A stretch of 61,493 bases of DNA, counting the filler, from Nitrospirae bacterium CG2_30_53_67 (GTDB taxonomy: Bacteria > CG2-30-53-67), in NCBI GenBank assembly GCA_001873285.1. It is 8 parts of 8 records of this genome, joined end to end, with 100 filler letters (N's around TTAATTAATTAA, not from the genome) between each part and the next. Parts side by side here need not be neighbours in the genome. Positions count along the whole stretch, not along the records: positions 45,380 to 51,098 come from MNYV01000027.1; positions 51,199 to 56,277 come from MNYV01000121.1; positions 56,378 to 61,493 come from MNYV01000039.1; 5 more parts are not named here. One strand, given 5' to 3'. The notes beneath the pieces are model-generated. The model was given only the letters and a program-made list of their open reading frames with translations, searched no databases and was not told the DNA's origin. The translations under genes and the position numbers were made by a program. Position 1 is the first letter of the stretch; every line of letters starts with the position of its first letter. This document shows, one piece after another, positions 51,092 through 61,493 of the stretch.

Positions 51092-51198
51092 TGTTTTTNN
51101 NNNNNNNNNNNNNNNNNNNNNNNNNNNNNNNNNNNNNNNNNNTTAATTAATTAANNNNNNNNNNNNNNNNNNNNNNNNNNNNNNNNNNNNNNNNNNNN

Positions 51199-53095
51199 CA
51201 GCCTGTGAAAGATGCATATCGGACGGCAGGGATGCAGGCCTTAATTCCGGCGGGGGTTCCACCATCCGCCCGGTCTTTTTGAAATAGGCCTCCATGACCT
51301 TCCTGACGATGGGGGCCGCGGCAGACCCTCCATGGCCGCCGTGTTCCATAATGACGGCAACGGCGATTTCAGGCTTTTCCATGGGCCCGCACGCAACAAA
51401 CCAGGCATGGTCCTGGTACTTTTCCGCAAGCTCTTTGCTCATTTTTTCACCCTGCTGATTCATCCGGATGACCTGGGCCGTGCCGGTTTTGCCGGCAATC
51501 CTGATGCCGTTGATCCGCGCCTTGCCCCCTGTCCCTTGAGGCTCCGAGACCACGTCTTCCAAGGCATCCCGGACAAGATTCAGGGTCTCAGGCGAAATAT
51601 GAATTTGGGAGAGAACCTGAGGAGAAAATGCCTTCAACGTCTCCCCCTTGTAGTTTTCTATACGCTTGACCAATTGGGGCCGGTAGACGGTCCCGCCGTT
51701 GGCCACGGCGCCGATCAGATCGGCGAGCTGGAACGGCGTAACGAGGACATATCCCTGGCCGATGGCGGCGCTCAGATTTTCACCCGGGTACCAGGGTTCC
51801 CCGGTGGCCTTCTTTTTCCACTCCCGGGTCGGGATCAGGCCCGGCTTCTCTCCATCCATGCCGATCCCGGTGAGATTCCCAAGACCCAGACCTTTGGCGT
51901 AATACGCGATCCTGTCAATCCCCAGCCTCTGGCCCATCTCATAAAAATAGACATCGCAGGACTCCACGATGGCGCGGTGCAGATAAACGGCGCCGTGCCC
52001 CTGTTTTCTCCAGCAGCGGTAAGCCCTTCCGCCGAAAAAGGTGTACCCTCGGCAATAGAGGGTTTCGTTCGGCGTGACCTTGTGTTCTTCGAGCGCGGCG
52101 ATGGACATGACGATCTTGAATACCGAGCCCGGAGGATATTGTCCAGAGATGGCCTTGTTGGTAAGCGGGTGTTTTGGATCCAAAATGAGCTGTCTCCAAT
52201 ACTCTTTGGCGATCCCTCCTGGAAAGAGGTTGGGGTCATAGGCCGGCCGGCTGATCATGGCGAGCACCTCGCCGTTGTTAGGATTGATGACCACCCCGGC
52301 GCCTGCATAGTCCCCGAAGGCATCCTCAAGCGCCTTCTGGAGATCGTAATCCATGGTCAGAACAGCCCGATTCCCGGACTCAGGCGGCCGGTAAGAGATC
52401 TCTTCGATGACCCTCCCCACGGAGTTGACCTCGATCTGATGTACACCATCCCTCCCCTTGAGATAGGATTCCAGGCTCTTTTCGAGTCCTGCCTTCCCGA
52501 TCACATCTCCGATCCTGTAATTCCTGTAGGCGCCGCTCATTAATTCTGCGGGATTGATCTCTCCGATATACCCGAAGAGATGCGCAAAAAGATCGCCGTC
52601 CCGGTAGTTCCTGAAGGGTTCCGGTATAATGGAGACCCCGGCAAGGTCCAGATGGTTGACCTCGATCAGGGCCACGGTCTCCCAGTCCGCATTGGAAAGG
52701 AGCCGGATCGGTTGAAACACCCGGACCCCGTTCTCCCGGGCGGTCCGTATGGTATGGTAGAAATCGGAGGCAGGGATCCCGAGAAGCTGGGAAAGGCGAG
52801 CCAGGGTTTGATCCAGATCCCGGACGTCTTCCAGCGTGATGGTCAGATCGAATCCCGGTTTGGTGTCTCCCAGCAGGACGCCGTTCCGGTCGACGAATTC
52901 TCCCCTCGGTGAGACCACACGCTCAACCCGGATCCGCTGCCTCTCAGAGCGCTCCTTGAAGTAGCCCCCTTTCATGATCTGGAGATACCAGGCCCTTGAG
53001 ATCAGAACCACAAAGAAAACGGCCAGAACTATGGAGAGGATCTTGACTCGGCTCTGGTACGGGGTCAATGCCTGGTCATTGATGTTCAATATCAT
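51199..53095 (-). CDS. mrdA: Penicillin-binding protein 2 (3' end cut by linker)
   Basis: PGSVFK (SxxK), SCD, KTGTAQ; follows mreD. Confidence 0.96.
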
Positions 53096-53128
53096 GCGGA
53101 AACCTCTTGATGACTTTTTACGAGCCCA

Positions 53129-53632
53129 TCAGCCCTTGTCGGAAGAGCCCTCTTGCTGTCTGATCCATGCCCTTTTCTGGACCAGGAAGAGGCAGAGGGA
53201 TCCTACAAGGGCATTCCACAGCGTAGAGGGGAGAACCATCCCGCGCAGGGCGCCCTGCAAGGGGATGTCTCCGACAAAGAGATAGATCAGAAAAAGATTC
53301 AGGAACCCGTTCATCAAGGAAAAAACCACGAGCAAGACAAAATGGATCATCACATTTCTGGAGAAAATCCCCAAACCGAATACGGCTGAAAAATACCCGA
53401 TGAGCGCCTTTAGAAACATTTGGACACCCAGATGTTCCCCGGAGAGGACATCGGTGAGGATCCCCAGGTATGCGCCCACAGTCATCCCTTTGACCTTCCC
53501 GTGGAAATACCCGAAATAATAGGTCACGATCAGGACGAGATCGAGCGGGAACGAAAACGGGAGAAAGCTTAAAATATGCGTCTGAACCGGAACCGATAAT
53601 GTCATCAGAAAAAGAGTCAGCAGAAATTTCAT
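53129..53632 (-). CDS. mreD: Rod shape-determining protein MreD
   Basis: Polytopic hydrophobic protein with GILTDVLSG; lies between mreC and mrdA. Confidence 0.88.
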   Translation of the reverse strand: MKFLLTLFLMTLSVPVQTHILSFLPFSFPLDLVLIVTYYFGYFHGKVKGMTVGAYLGILTDVLSGEHLGVQMFLKALIGYFSAVFGLGIFSRNVMIHFVLLVVFSLMNGFLNLFLIYLFVGDIPLQGALRGMVLPSTLWNALVGSLCLFLVQKRAWIRQQEGSSDKG

Positions 53633-54486
53633 TCTTGGACACTCTTCAATGGCTGGTCATCACCAGGGCGCCGGCTCTCCTTGACCACAAAGGCCTCCTC
53701 CAGCCTGGAAAATTCCACGGCAGGCGAAACCAGAACCTCCTGGAAGAGCCCGTAAGGCTTTTTTTGAACCGAGGTCACGGTCCCAATGACCAGCCCCTTG
53801 GGGTAAACACCGCCCAGACCCGAGGAAAGGACCAGATCCCCCTTCCTGACGTCGGCAAGACGATCCAGATATTTGATCCGGCATAAATCAGCGATCTTCC
53901 CCTCAACAATCCCTTGTGCCCGGGTCCTCTGAACCAGTGCGGGAACCGCGCTGTTGCTGTCTATTAAGAGTTGAACCAGTGAATAATTCGGGGAGGCCGA
54001 AAGGACCTTCCCGACCACGCCTTCAGGGCGGATCACGGCCATCCCCTTGGCAACCCCGGCCCGGGCGCCGGAGTCCAGGATCAGCGTTCTGGACCAGGTG
54101 TTGTCGCTCTTGCCCACCACTCTTCCGGTAATCATGGTGTACGGCGCCGATTCCTGAAACTTGAGCAGCGCTTTGATCCGTTTGTTTTCAACCTCGATTT
54201 CCTGAAGACGGTTCAACTGATCATGAAGAACCGCCACCTCTTCCCTGAGCACCCGGTTCTCCTTCTCCACGCCGGACAGCCGGAAATGTCCATGGTAGAG
54301 ATCCCCGGCCCCTCGGACCAAAGAGGAGAGCCATGATTCCATGGCCGCCGTCACCTCGAAAAGCCCGGAGGTGAGGGCCTGAAAACCCGCCCCCTGGTTT
54401 GCATGGCTTGTCATCAGGATCAAAGAGGTCGCCAGAAGAATAAAGAGCAGGATAGATTGTCGGAATCGTAGAAAAAAGCTCAGCAT
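53629..54486 (-). CDS. mreC: Rod shape-determining protein MreC
   Basis: TM, coiled coil (ENRVLR), GVVGKV, SSGLGGVYPKGLVIG. Confidence 0.95.
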   Translation of the reverse strand: MLSFFLRFRQSILLFILLATSLILMTSHANQGAGFQALTSGLFEVTAAMESWLSSLVRGAGDLYHGHFRLSGVEKENRVLREEVAVLHDQLNRLQEIEVENKRIKALLKFQESAPYTMITGRVVGKSDNTWSRTLILDSGARAGVAKGMAVIRPEGVVGKVLSASPNYSLVQLLIDSNSAVPALVQRTRAQGIVEGKIADLCRIKYLDRLADVRKGDLVLSSGLGGVYPKGLVIGTVTSVQKKPYGLFQEVLVSPAVEFSRLEEAFVVKESRRPGDDQPLKSVQE

Positions 54487-54506
54487 GTGATGTTGTCCGA
54501 ATCCGC

Positions 54507-55547
<1,041 letters not shown>

Positions 55548-55760
55548 TCAAGAGAATACAATCCGATTCTGTTCCGATTTTTTCAAACGGCGAAGGCAAG
55601 GCCCCTTCTGACGTCCTGTTTATAGAAATAAACTAAGTTATCAATGTAACTATAATAAAAAAAAGAGAATATTTCAAGAGAAAACTCGTGGGAAGCCGGA
55701 CGCATGATGGTTTTTTTGTGACATATTAAGGTTCTCATAATAGAAACGACATCATATCGA

Positions 55761-55912
55761 AAATCCCTCCCCCGATAAACCCATTCGAGGGCAGGCTCTA
55801 ACCTCCCTTTTTCCCTTCGACTGCGCTCAGGGCAGGCGCCGGGAGGAATTCCCCCTCTTTGGAAACTTGTCCTCGAATGATTTTATCGGGGAAGAGGGGC
55901 AAGGGGAGATTT
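55761..55912. repeat. Composite nested REP cluster
   Basis: Host palindrome AAATCCCTCC...GGGGAGATTT interrupted by CCCGATAAACCCATTCGAGGGCAGGCT, CTTCGACTGCGCTCAGGGCAGGC and CTTGTCCTCGAATGATTTTATCGGGG. Confidence 0.6.
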
Positions 55913-56084
55913 TATGAACCATGTCTATTCTATTCTATTTCGAGACTATTAAAATAAATATTGTTTGTAAATCTTATGCGCTTGTATTAAAATAAGTTTT
56001 CAATTTTTTGTTATATCGGAAATTGAAGGGAAAATGTGACCTCGGCCGACTTTCTTTTTTTGCGACACTGAGGGGAGAATAGCC

Positions 56085-56277
56085 ATGCTTTATTTCATGC
56101 GAAATTATATGAAGTCTTTTGTCATGTGGCTGATTATCGCCGCCTTTGTACTCACCATCTTTTATGCCTGGGGGATGAAGAGCGCCCGTCTCAGGGGGGG
56201 CACGAAAAATTGGATCGCGAAGGTCGGAAGTGAACCCATCTCCCCGGAGGAGTATGAAAAAGAATTCCGCCGAACCA
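56085..56277 (+). CDS. SurA-N/PpiD-like periplasmic chaperone, 5' fragment
   Basis: ML.FMR....S..MWLIIAAFVLTIFYAWG...IAKVGSEPIS..EY; divergent from mreB. Confidence 0.75.
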
Positions 56278-56377
56278 NNNNNNNNNNNNNNNNNNNNNNN
56301 NNNNNNNNNNNNNNNNNNNNNTTAATTAATTAANNNNNNNNNNNNNNNNNNNNNNNNNNNNNNNNNNNNNNNNNNNN

Positions 56378-56750
56378 CAAGAGGGACGAGGGTATTTAAT
56401 ACATTGGACTTTCCCTGACGAGGCTCCAGCCTGTAAAACCTGATCTGGTCCTCATACTGCATGCAGATCTCATCCGTTTTGTCAGTAGACCCATCGGAAC
56501 CGATCAATATTTCTATCTTATCCTTCGGGTAATCCAGTTCCAGCGCATTCCTGATCTTTTTCTCAATCACCGCCTCTTCGTTATAGGCCGCAATGATGAC
56601 CGATACTGAGGGTAAGTCTTCAGGACTGACAGGGATCTCGGGTTTTTCCCTTTTGAACCGCGCCAATAAAAAAAGAAGGAGCGGATAGAGAAGATAGGTG
56701 TATAGAATCAAAAAGAGTGAGACGAAGAATATCAGGATAGACATGCGCAT
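56378..56750 (-). CDS. Glycosyltransferase family 2, 5' fragment
   Basis: TM segment, PSVSVIIAAYNEE, SDGSTDKT, GKSNVLN. Confidence 0.9.
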
Positions 56751-56755
56751 CCTCG

Positions 56756-58549
56756 CTATTTTAATTGAATGACCTTCACCGTGGGCCCCGGGAGATTAAG
56801 CTCATCCGCATTAAATTCCTTCACCAGTTTCCCTTTGGTGAATAGATCATGATAAAATTTCCTGAAAGAAGGAAAGCCTTTCAATCTATGATTATCTCCA
56901 TCAACGAATGATTCGTAATGATCACTGCTCGTTACAGCGTACCTATACCCCTGGCCTACATAGTAGCCATAATCATTCACACCGACCGTTTTCAGCGGAT
57001 TCGCCATGTCCCTGTCGTATTCCGTGTCCGCGATGGTTTCTCCAGACACGATTTCCTTTCCCCGCCACCAGGGAAAGCGGATCTCTTTTATATCGTAGGT
57101 TATTCCTTCAGCCGACTGCATCTTGAGATCATAATATCTTACCAGATGTTTTGTGAACTGGCCGTCTTCTCCTTGCCTGCGTTTCGCCTTTTCATAAAAT
57201 TCTTGGATGTTTCCCCTGTTCATCCTCAATACGGCAGCGCCCTCTGCAAGCAATAGTTTTGTGCCGGCCGGTATATTGGCTTCAATCCAGTTTCTGGCCA
57301 GAGATCTTGTATCGGTCTTGGACACCAATATATTATTTCTTACCACGTGATACAAAGGAAAAAGGAGAGCGATGGTTAATAAGAGACTTGCGGACCGCTG
57401 ATTATCGAGCTTTTTAAAAAATTGAGACAATGCAAACGCCCCGGCAATGGAGAGGAAGGGATAGATGATCAACTGATGCCGGACTTCGGTGTAAGATGGA
57501 CTCGTAATGATCGAAATAACCGAAAAGATAACCGGAAAAGAAAGAAGGATCGAGTTTTTAATGCTCAGTTTCGCGAACATATAAATCAAACCCAGGATAA
57601 AGATGACCGCGATGACGATCCCGGCGCCCTCTTGAGAGAATAATACATGAATATAGTTGTACACGGATTTAAGGAGATAATGGTTTTCATATCGGGTTGC
57701 CAGAACCTCCTCTTTCCCCTGGAAGGGTGCGTACAGATTTAGTTTGTATGGAGATATCATATTAAACATCTTCACAATTTGCCCGAAGGTTGCCTTTCTT
57801 CCCAGGGGGTCCAGGAAATTATAAGGGGAAGATAGGAAGTAAATCCCCCAGAATGAAATAAGAGCGTAAATATATTTTCGAAACACCAGGAGTTTCTTCC
57901 GTCTAAACATTTCGTAAAGAGACGCCGCCAGAATGCACGGGAGGAGTGCAATCGGATAATACTTGGTGGCCGTACCCAGTCCGGCAAATAACCCTGCGCG
58001 GATATAGTCTTTTGCCTGAAAATCGTTTTCGACGATGCTGAGGAGATTGTACACGGAAAGAACGGTAAAAAATGCTGTGGGGACATCGGCCTTCACATCC
58101 TGACCGGAAAAGATATGGCCATAACAGAGCGCCAGCAGAAGAGAAGCGTAAAGCCCCACCCGTTTTGACCAGAATCTTTCCCCAATCCTGTAAGTCACAT
58201 AAACTGTCGCGATACCGAATAGCGTCACGGTCATCCTGCCGATCAGGATAAAGGGCCATGGATTTTTGAAATAATAGACTGCAAAGGCGGCGACATCGGA
58301 GAAATACCCCAAGGTCTTTCCAATGATATAGAAAAGACCGTATTCAAAGAATAAGAGATACATCAGGAAGGCCGGCTTGTGGAACCAGTGGGGGTTGAAA
58401 TCCCCGCTTCCGAACGAGACGGCCCGATTGATAAAGTGCTGTTCATCCGGATAATAGGAAAAAGGATACCCATGCCGGATGCCCCAAAATCTCAATACAG
58501 CAGCGACTACGAGCACGAGAAGAATGTAATAGTTCCTGGATCTATTCAA
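56756..58549 (-). CDS. GT-C fold (ArnT/PMT, GT39/GT83-like) membrane glycosyltransferase
   Basis: LRFWGI..G.P..YYPDE, HKP, GLGTATKY, many TM helices, periplasmic C-terminal domain. Confidence 0.88.
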   Translation of the reverse strand: MNRSRNYYILLVLVVAAVLRFWGIRHGYPFSYYPDEQHFINRAVSFGSGDFNPHWFHKPAFLMYLLFFEYGLFYIIGKTLGYFSDVAAFAVYYFKNPWPFILIGRMTVTLFGIATVYVTYRIGERFWSKRVGLYASLLLALCYGHIFSGQDVKADVPTAFFTVLSVYNLLSIVENDFQAKDYIRAGLFAGLGTATKYYPIALLPCILAASLYEMFRRKKLLVFRKYIYALISFWGIYFLSSPYNFLDPLGRKATFGQIVKMFNMISPYKLNLYAPFQGKEEVLATRYENHYLLKSVYNYIHVLFSQEGAGIVIAVIFILGLIYMFAKLSIKNSILLSFPVIFSVISIITSPSYTEVRHQLIIYPFLSIAGAFALSQFFKKLDNQRSASLLLTIALLFPLYHVVRNNILVSKTDTRSLARNWIEANIPAGTKLLLAEGAAVLRMNRGNIQEFYEKAKRRQGEDGQFTKHLVRYYDLKMQSAEGITYDIKEIRFPWWRGKEIVSGETIADTEYDRDMANPLKTVGVNDYGYYVGQGYRYAVTSSDHYESFVDGDNHRLKGFPSFRKFYHDLFTKGKLVKEFNADELNLPGPTVKVIQLK

Positions 58550-58646
58550 AGGGTCATTCCTGTTCTGTTAATTTAAGCTTGCAAAAAATGAATGTGTCGG
58601 TCCTTTTATCACCAAGGCTTGATCCCGGCTATCTCCCTATGTCTGC

Positions 58647-59576
58647 TCACCCCTCAATTGCCTTTGCCAATTCCTGGATCTTGTCCGCGCGGAAGATTTT
58701 TATCGGGAGGTCCAGCCGGTTGAACAAGTAATTGGTGTTAAAGTAGTGTCCCGTCCCCGGTATAATGCGGATGTCCTTGGGTGGAGACATTTTCGCGTAG
58801 ATTCCGGTTAGGGGTTTTACCTGTTCCTCCCTTGCTCCATTAACGAGTCTTACATAGATCATGTTTTTTCGTTCCAACAAGGTTTCCACCTCAAAGTCTC
58901 GATAGAGCGCCCTGATCGTCTCCAATCGGATGGGTCTATTCAATTCCATGTCCTGCGTGAGGCGCCTCCGGCGAAATGTGAATCGTTCATCTCCCTGATA
59001 GGGCCAACCCCTGCCGGGACTGATCACGACAATCCTCCGTAGAAGCCGATTGATACCCGGCTCATGAGCTACACCAATAGCCACCGAACCTCCAAAGGAG
59101 TGCCCCACGAGAACGACCTTGGAGGGATCGACCTCAGGCTGAGAGGCTATGAAACGAACTGCACGAATAGCGTCGCCAACAAAATCTAAAACCGGCTCCC
59201 CGTTGCTATCGAGCGGAGGATCGGGCGATGCCGCATACCCCCTCTGGTCATAGACCAGAACTATGGCTCCACCACGGCAGAGTTGTTCGGCCAGGATATG
59301 ATACAAGAAGAGGTGAGAGCCTTTGGGACTGGTTCCGTGCAGGAGAACGACCGCCGGGAGCTTCGTGCCCGGTTGTCGGTTTGTTGGTCGATAGAGTCTT
59401 GCGGCCAGGCTCAGACCGTTTGAAGGCAAGGTCAAGTTCTGTTCCTCTATGATTGGATCCGGGTGGTCCATGAAATAAAAATCAACCTGGTGGAGCCATA
59501 GCACTCCCCAGACCGAGAGAAGGACCGCCGCCCCCCACAGGAATCGGGTGTAGGCTAATCGCCCTTTTTTCTTCAT
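58647..59576 (-). CDS. Membrane-anchored alpha/beta hydrolase
   Basis: VLLHG, YDQRG, GHSFGG nucleophile elbow, GTGHYF. Confidence 0.88.
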   Translation of the reverse strand: MKKKGRLAYTRFLWGAAVLLSVWGVLWLHQVDFYFMDHPDPIIEEQNLTLPSNGLSLAARLYRPTNRQPGTKLPAVVLLHGTSPKGSHLFLYHILAEQLCRGGAIVLVYDQRGYAASPDPPLDSNGEPVLDFVGDAIRAVRFIASQPEVDPSKVVLVGHSFGGSVAIGVAHEPGINRLLRRIVVISPGRGWPYQGDERFTFRRRRLTQDMELNRPIRLETIRALYRDFEVETLLERKNMIYVRLVNGAREEQVKPLTGIYAKMSPPKDIRIIPGTGHYFNTNYLFNRLDLPIKIFRADKIQELAKAIEG

Positions 59577-59634
59577 GAGATCCAGGTTGTTCCTCTTTAC
59601 GGCAAAGGCCCCGGTCGTTCACGGGTGTCCGACC

Positions 59635-61281
59635 TTACGACTCCCGGATGAGTAAGACAACCAGGTCGTCCTGAAAGGACGGAGGCTCCAGCGTGATGGC
59701 ATCGGTGCTGCGTGCGATGAGACGGAGACGCTGATCGTGAAAGATCCCTTGGCTCGGCTCATAATATTGGACCCCGTAGGTCCCCGTCGGCAGGTTTAGA
59801 CGGATCCGACTGTGATCGGATCGGGCGCCGCTCCGTTCATTCACAAGATAAAGCACGCTTTTTGCAGGGTTTCTGGAAATCTTGGCAAAAACAAAATCAA
59901 CACCGGAATAGCCCTCAACGAGGGTATCGGTGGCCTCCATTTTCCACCACTCCGTATATTTCTCCCAGAACGGGCGAATGTACCGAACAACGTCTTCCGC
60001 CGGCCCAAGTTCGATTTTCTCAATATCTTCGCACCCCCCCTCGGAATGATAATTCCAGTAAACATCGGCCATACTCCAGGTCCAGTACTCTTTGCGGCGG
60101 TAAACAGGATCGACGTTTCCGTGCCTAATCCGACCGCTTTCGTCGATCCATCCTGGTTTGTTGATTTGTGAAAGAGAGCGTCCGACCCGGTAGTAATAGT
60201 CCTTCAGACCGTGGCGTCTGGGATCGCTTGATGTACAAGAATGGTTGACGGCCAGCTTGTTCCACTTCAGCTCGGGCCAAATGGCACGGTCTGTCGTCCC
60301 GGCCGAGGTGGTGATGAGATGGTTAAACGGGCTCATGCGTTCAAGATACTCGGCTGCGTATGTCTGGTAAAGTTTGTTCCGGCCGAACTCATTGAAGATC
60401 TGGAAGAATACAATGTTCGGGTACGCCCCCAACCTCGACATAAGATACCGCCAGTAAGGTTCCATCTCCCGGTCGGGAAGGATCCCGTATTTGTAGGAGC
60501 GCAGGTTCCGCCGGACTGAGGTAAAAATCACGGGCTCCAGATAGACTCCTCTTTCCATGGCATATCTAAAGACGTCATCGAATTTTCGCCATGTGGCCAA
60601 ATCAAATCGAGAATAGTCGGGATTTACTCTTGTTCCGGACCAGGGCCAGACGTCGATCCCAACTCGCTGGTAATAGTAATTGACCTCAAGGCCGAAACGA
60701 AGGACATTTATATTATTCTCGGCAGCAAGATCAATGAACTCGCGCCACCGGCGACTCCCCATGAGCAGCCAAGCTGTTTTTGAGACGAAATAAGGCCTGG
60801 ATCCATCGTCAAGTTTGAGCCGCCTGGGGTATTCAGGATCAATATTTACAAACCCGCGCCTGAAACTCGAATTCGCACGAAAGCGTCCGGATGTTTTAAA
60901 TGTTCCTCCCGGATAATCGAGAATGAGATGAAACTCATAGTCTCCCGCCCGGCGAGGCGTAAACCGGATCCGGTAGAGGGAGCCGTCCCTACTGTCACAG
61001 AAACCGCGCAGCTCGGTGATGCCGCCCCCGGGGCCCTCGTAATGACCCCTGAGGTCTGAGTCGACAAAAGGGTTGCCGGGCGAGGGCGGCAGGTCACGAA
61101 CGGTGATTTCATGCAGATCGTACACATCTACAAATTCGGGGAAAACAACCCTCGGTTCAGCCTGAACCAGGCCTACAAAGGCGGTGATCTGGATTAAGCC
61201 GACGGTGCAGACCCATAGATATCTCCCGAGCGTCCTGGACCGGGCCGGTCCGCTGCGACTGCACAAAAACAATTTACGCAC
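59635..61281 (-). CDS. Exported DUF5060/DUF4038-like putative glycoside hydrolase
   Basis: GNPF....GFCDS.DG..Y.IRF.P N-domain, TAWLL, NE and DES acidic motifs, C-terminal beta-sandwich. Start is uncertain: GTG 61281 or ATG 61305. Confidence 0.75.
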   Translation of the reverse strand: MRKLFLCSRSGPARSRTLGRYLWVCTVGLIQITAFVGLVQAEPRVVFPEFVDVYDLHEITVRDLPPSPGNPFVDSDLRGHYEGPGGGITELRGFCDSRDGSLYRIRFTPRRAGDYEFHLILDYPGGTFKTSGRFRANSSFRRGFVNIDPEYPRRLKLDDGSRPYFVSKTAWLLMGSRRWREFIDLAAENNINVLRFGLEVNYYYQRVGIDVWPWSGTRVNPDYSRFDLATWRKFDDVFRYAMERGVYLEPVIFTSVRRNLRSYKYGILPDREMEPYWRYLMSRLGAYPNIVFFQIFNEFGRNKLYQTYAAEYLERMSPFNHLITTSAGTTDRAIWPELKWNKLAVNHSCTSSDPRRHGLKDYYYRVGRSLSQINKPGWIDESGRIRHGNVDPVYRRKEYWTWSMADVYWNYHSEGGCEDIEKIELGPAEDVVRYIRPFWEKYTEWWKMEATDTLVEGYSGVDFVFAKISRNPAKSVLYLVNERSGARSDHSRIRLNLPTGTYGVQYYEPSQGIFHDQRLRLIARSTDAITLEPPSFQDDLVVLLIRES

Positions 61282-61493
61282 TAATAGGAGATCCGATATT
61301 TCCATTGTTTGATCGCTGCCTTCAGCCGGCTGAACTGCCGGCCGATGGAAGAAAAAGCAAGCCTCAACAGCACGGGCCGGAGCCATCCCATATACCGCCC
61401 GAAAAGACTGACTTGATATGCCCACTCGTGTGCATAATCCCCGGCTGAGAGGTTTGGAGGATTGTTGCGATACTCGGGGACCGGTCTGCCCCG
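61281..61493 (-). CDS. Possible 3' end of an upstream gene
   Basis: Open frame of 70 codons from the window end to TAG at 61283-61281, overlapping the next GTG; no recognisable motif. Confidence 0.35.
   Translation of the reverse strand, partial: RGRPVPEYRNNPPNLSAGDYAHEWAYQVSLFGRYMGWLRPVLLRLAFSSIGRQFSRLKAAIKQWKYRISY

Overview
The window is a pseudo-scaffold of eight unrelated contigs (1-5636, 5737-11237, 11338-16762, 16863-39760, 39861-45279, 45380-51098, 51199-56277, 56378-61493) joined by 100-bp N/TTAATTAATTAA linkers. It probably comes from a Gram-negative anaerobe MAG; the gene content looks Nitrospirota/Desulfobacterota-like, which is an inference. Most of it is housekeeping: lysA-ftsK-lolA-rimO; alaS-ruvX-mltG; trpEGDCFBA-accD-folC-lptD-rfbCBD; pilMNOPQ; ribD-ribE-ribBA-ribH-nusB-purB; mreBCD-mrdA; and a glycosylation cluster. 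Highlights: (i) a mosaic accessory contig carrying the mercury-methylation genes hgcAB between two toxin-antitoxin pairs and gene remnants; (ii) a sensor kinase split by one in-frame TAG that sits in a hairpin loop, upstream of an NtrC-type activator and a sigma54-driven Fe-S flavoprotein; (iii) a promoter- and terminator-bounded ~130-nt structured RNA candidate upstream of trpE; (iv) a ~240-bp octamer-repeat element present 7 times, just downstream of stop codons and always in the same orientation relative to transcription; (v) a cNMP-binding protein plus class II phosphodiesterase pair inside the trpA-accD run; (vi) several MITE/REP families, some nested inside each other. All calls come from motif recognition by eye; no database searches were run.
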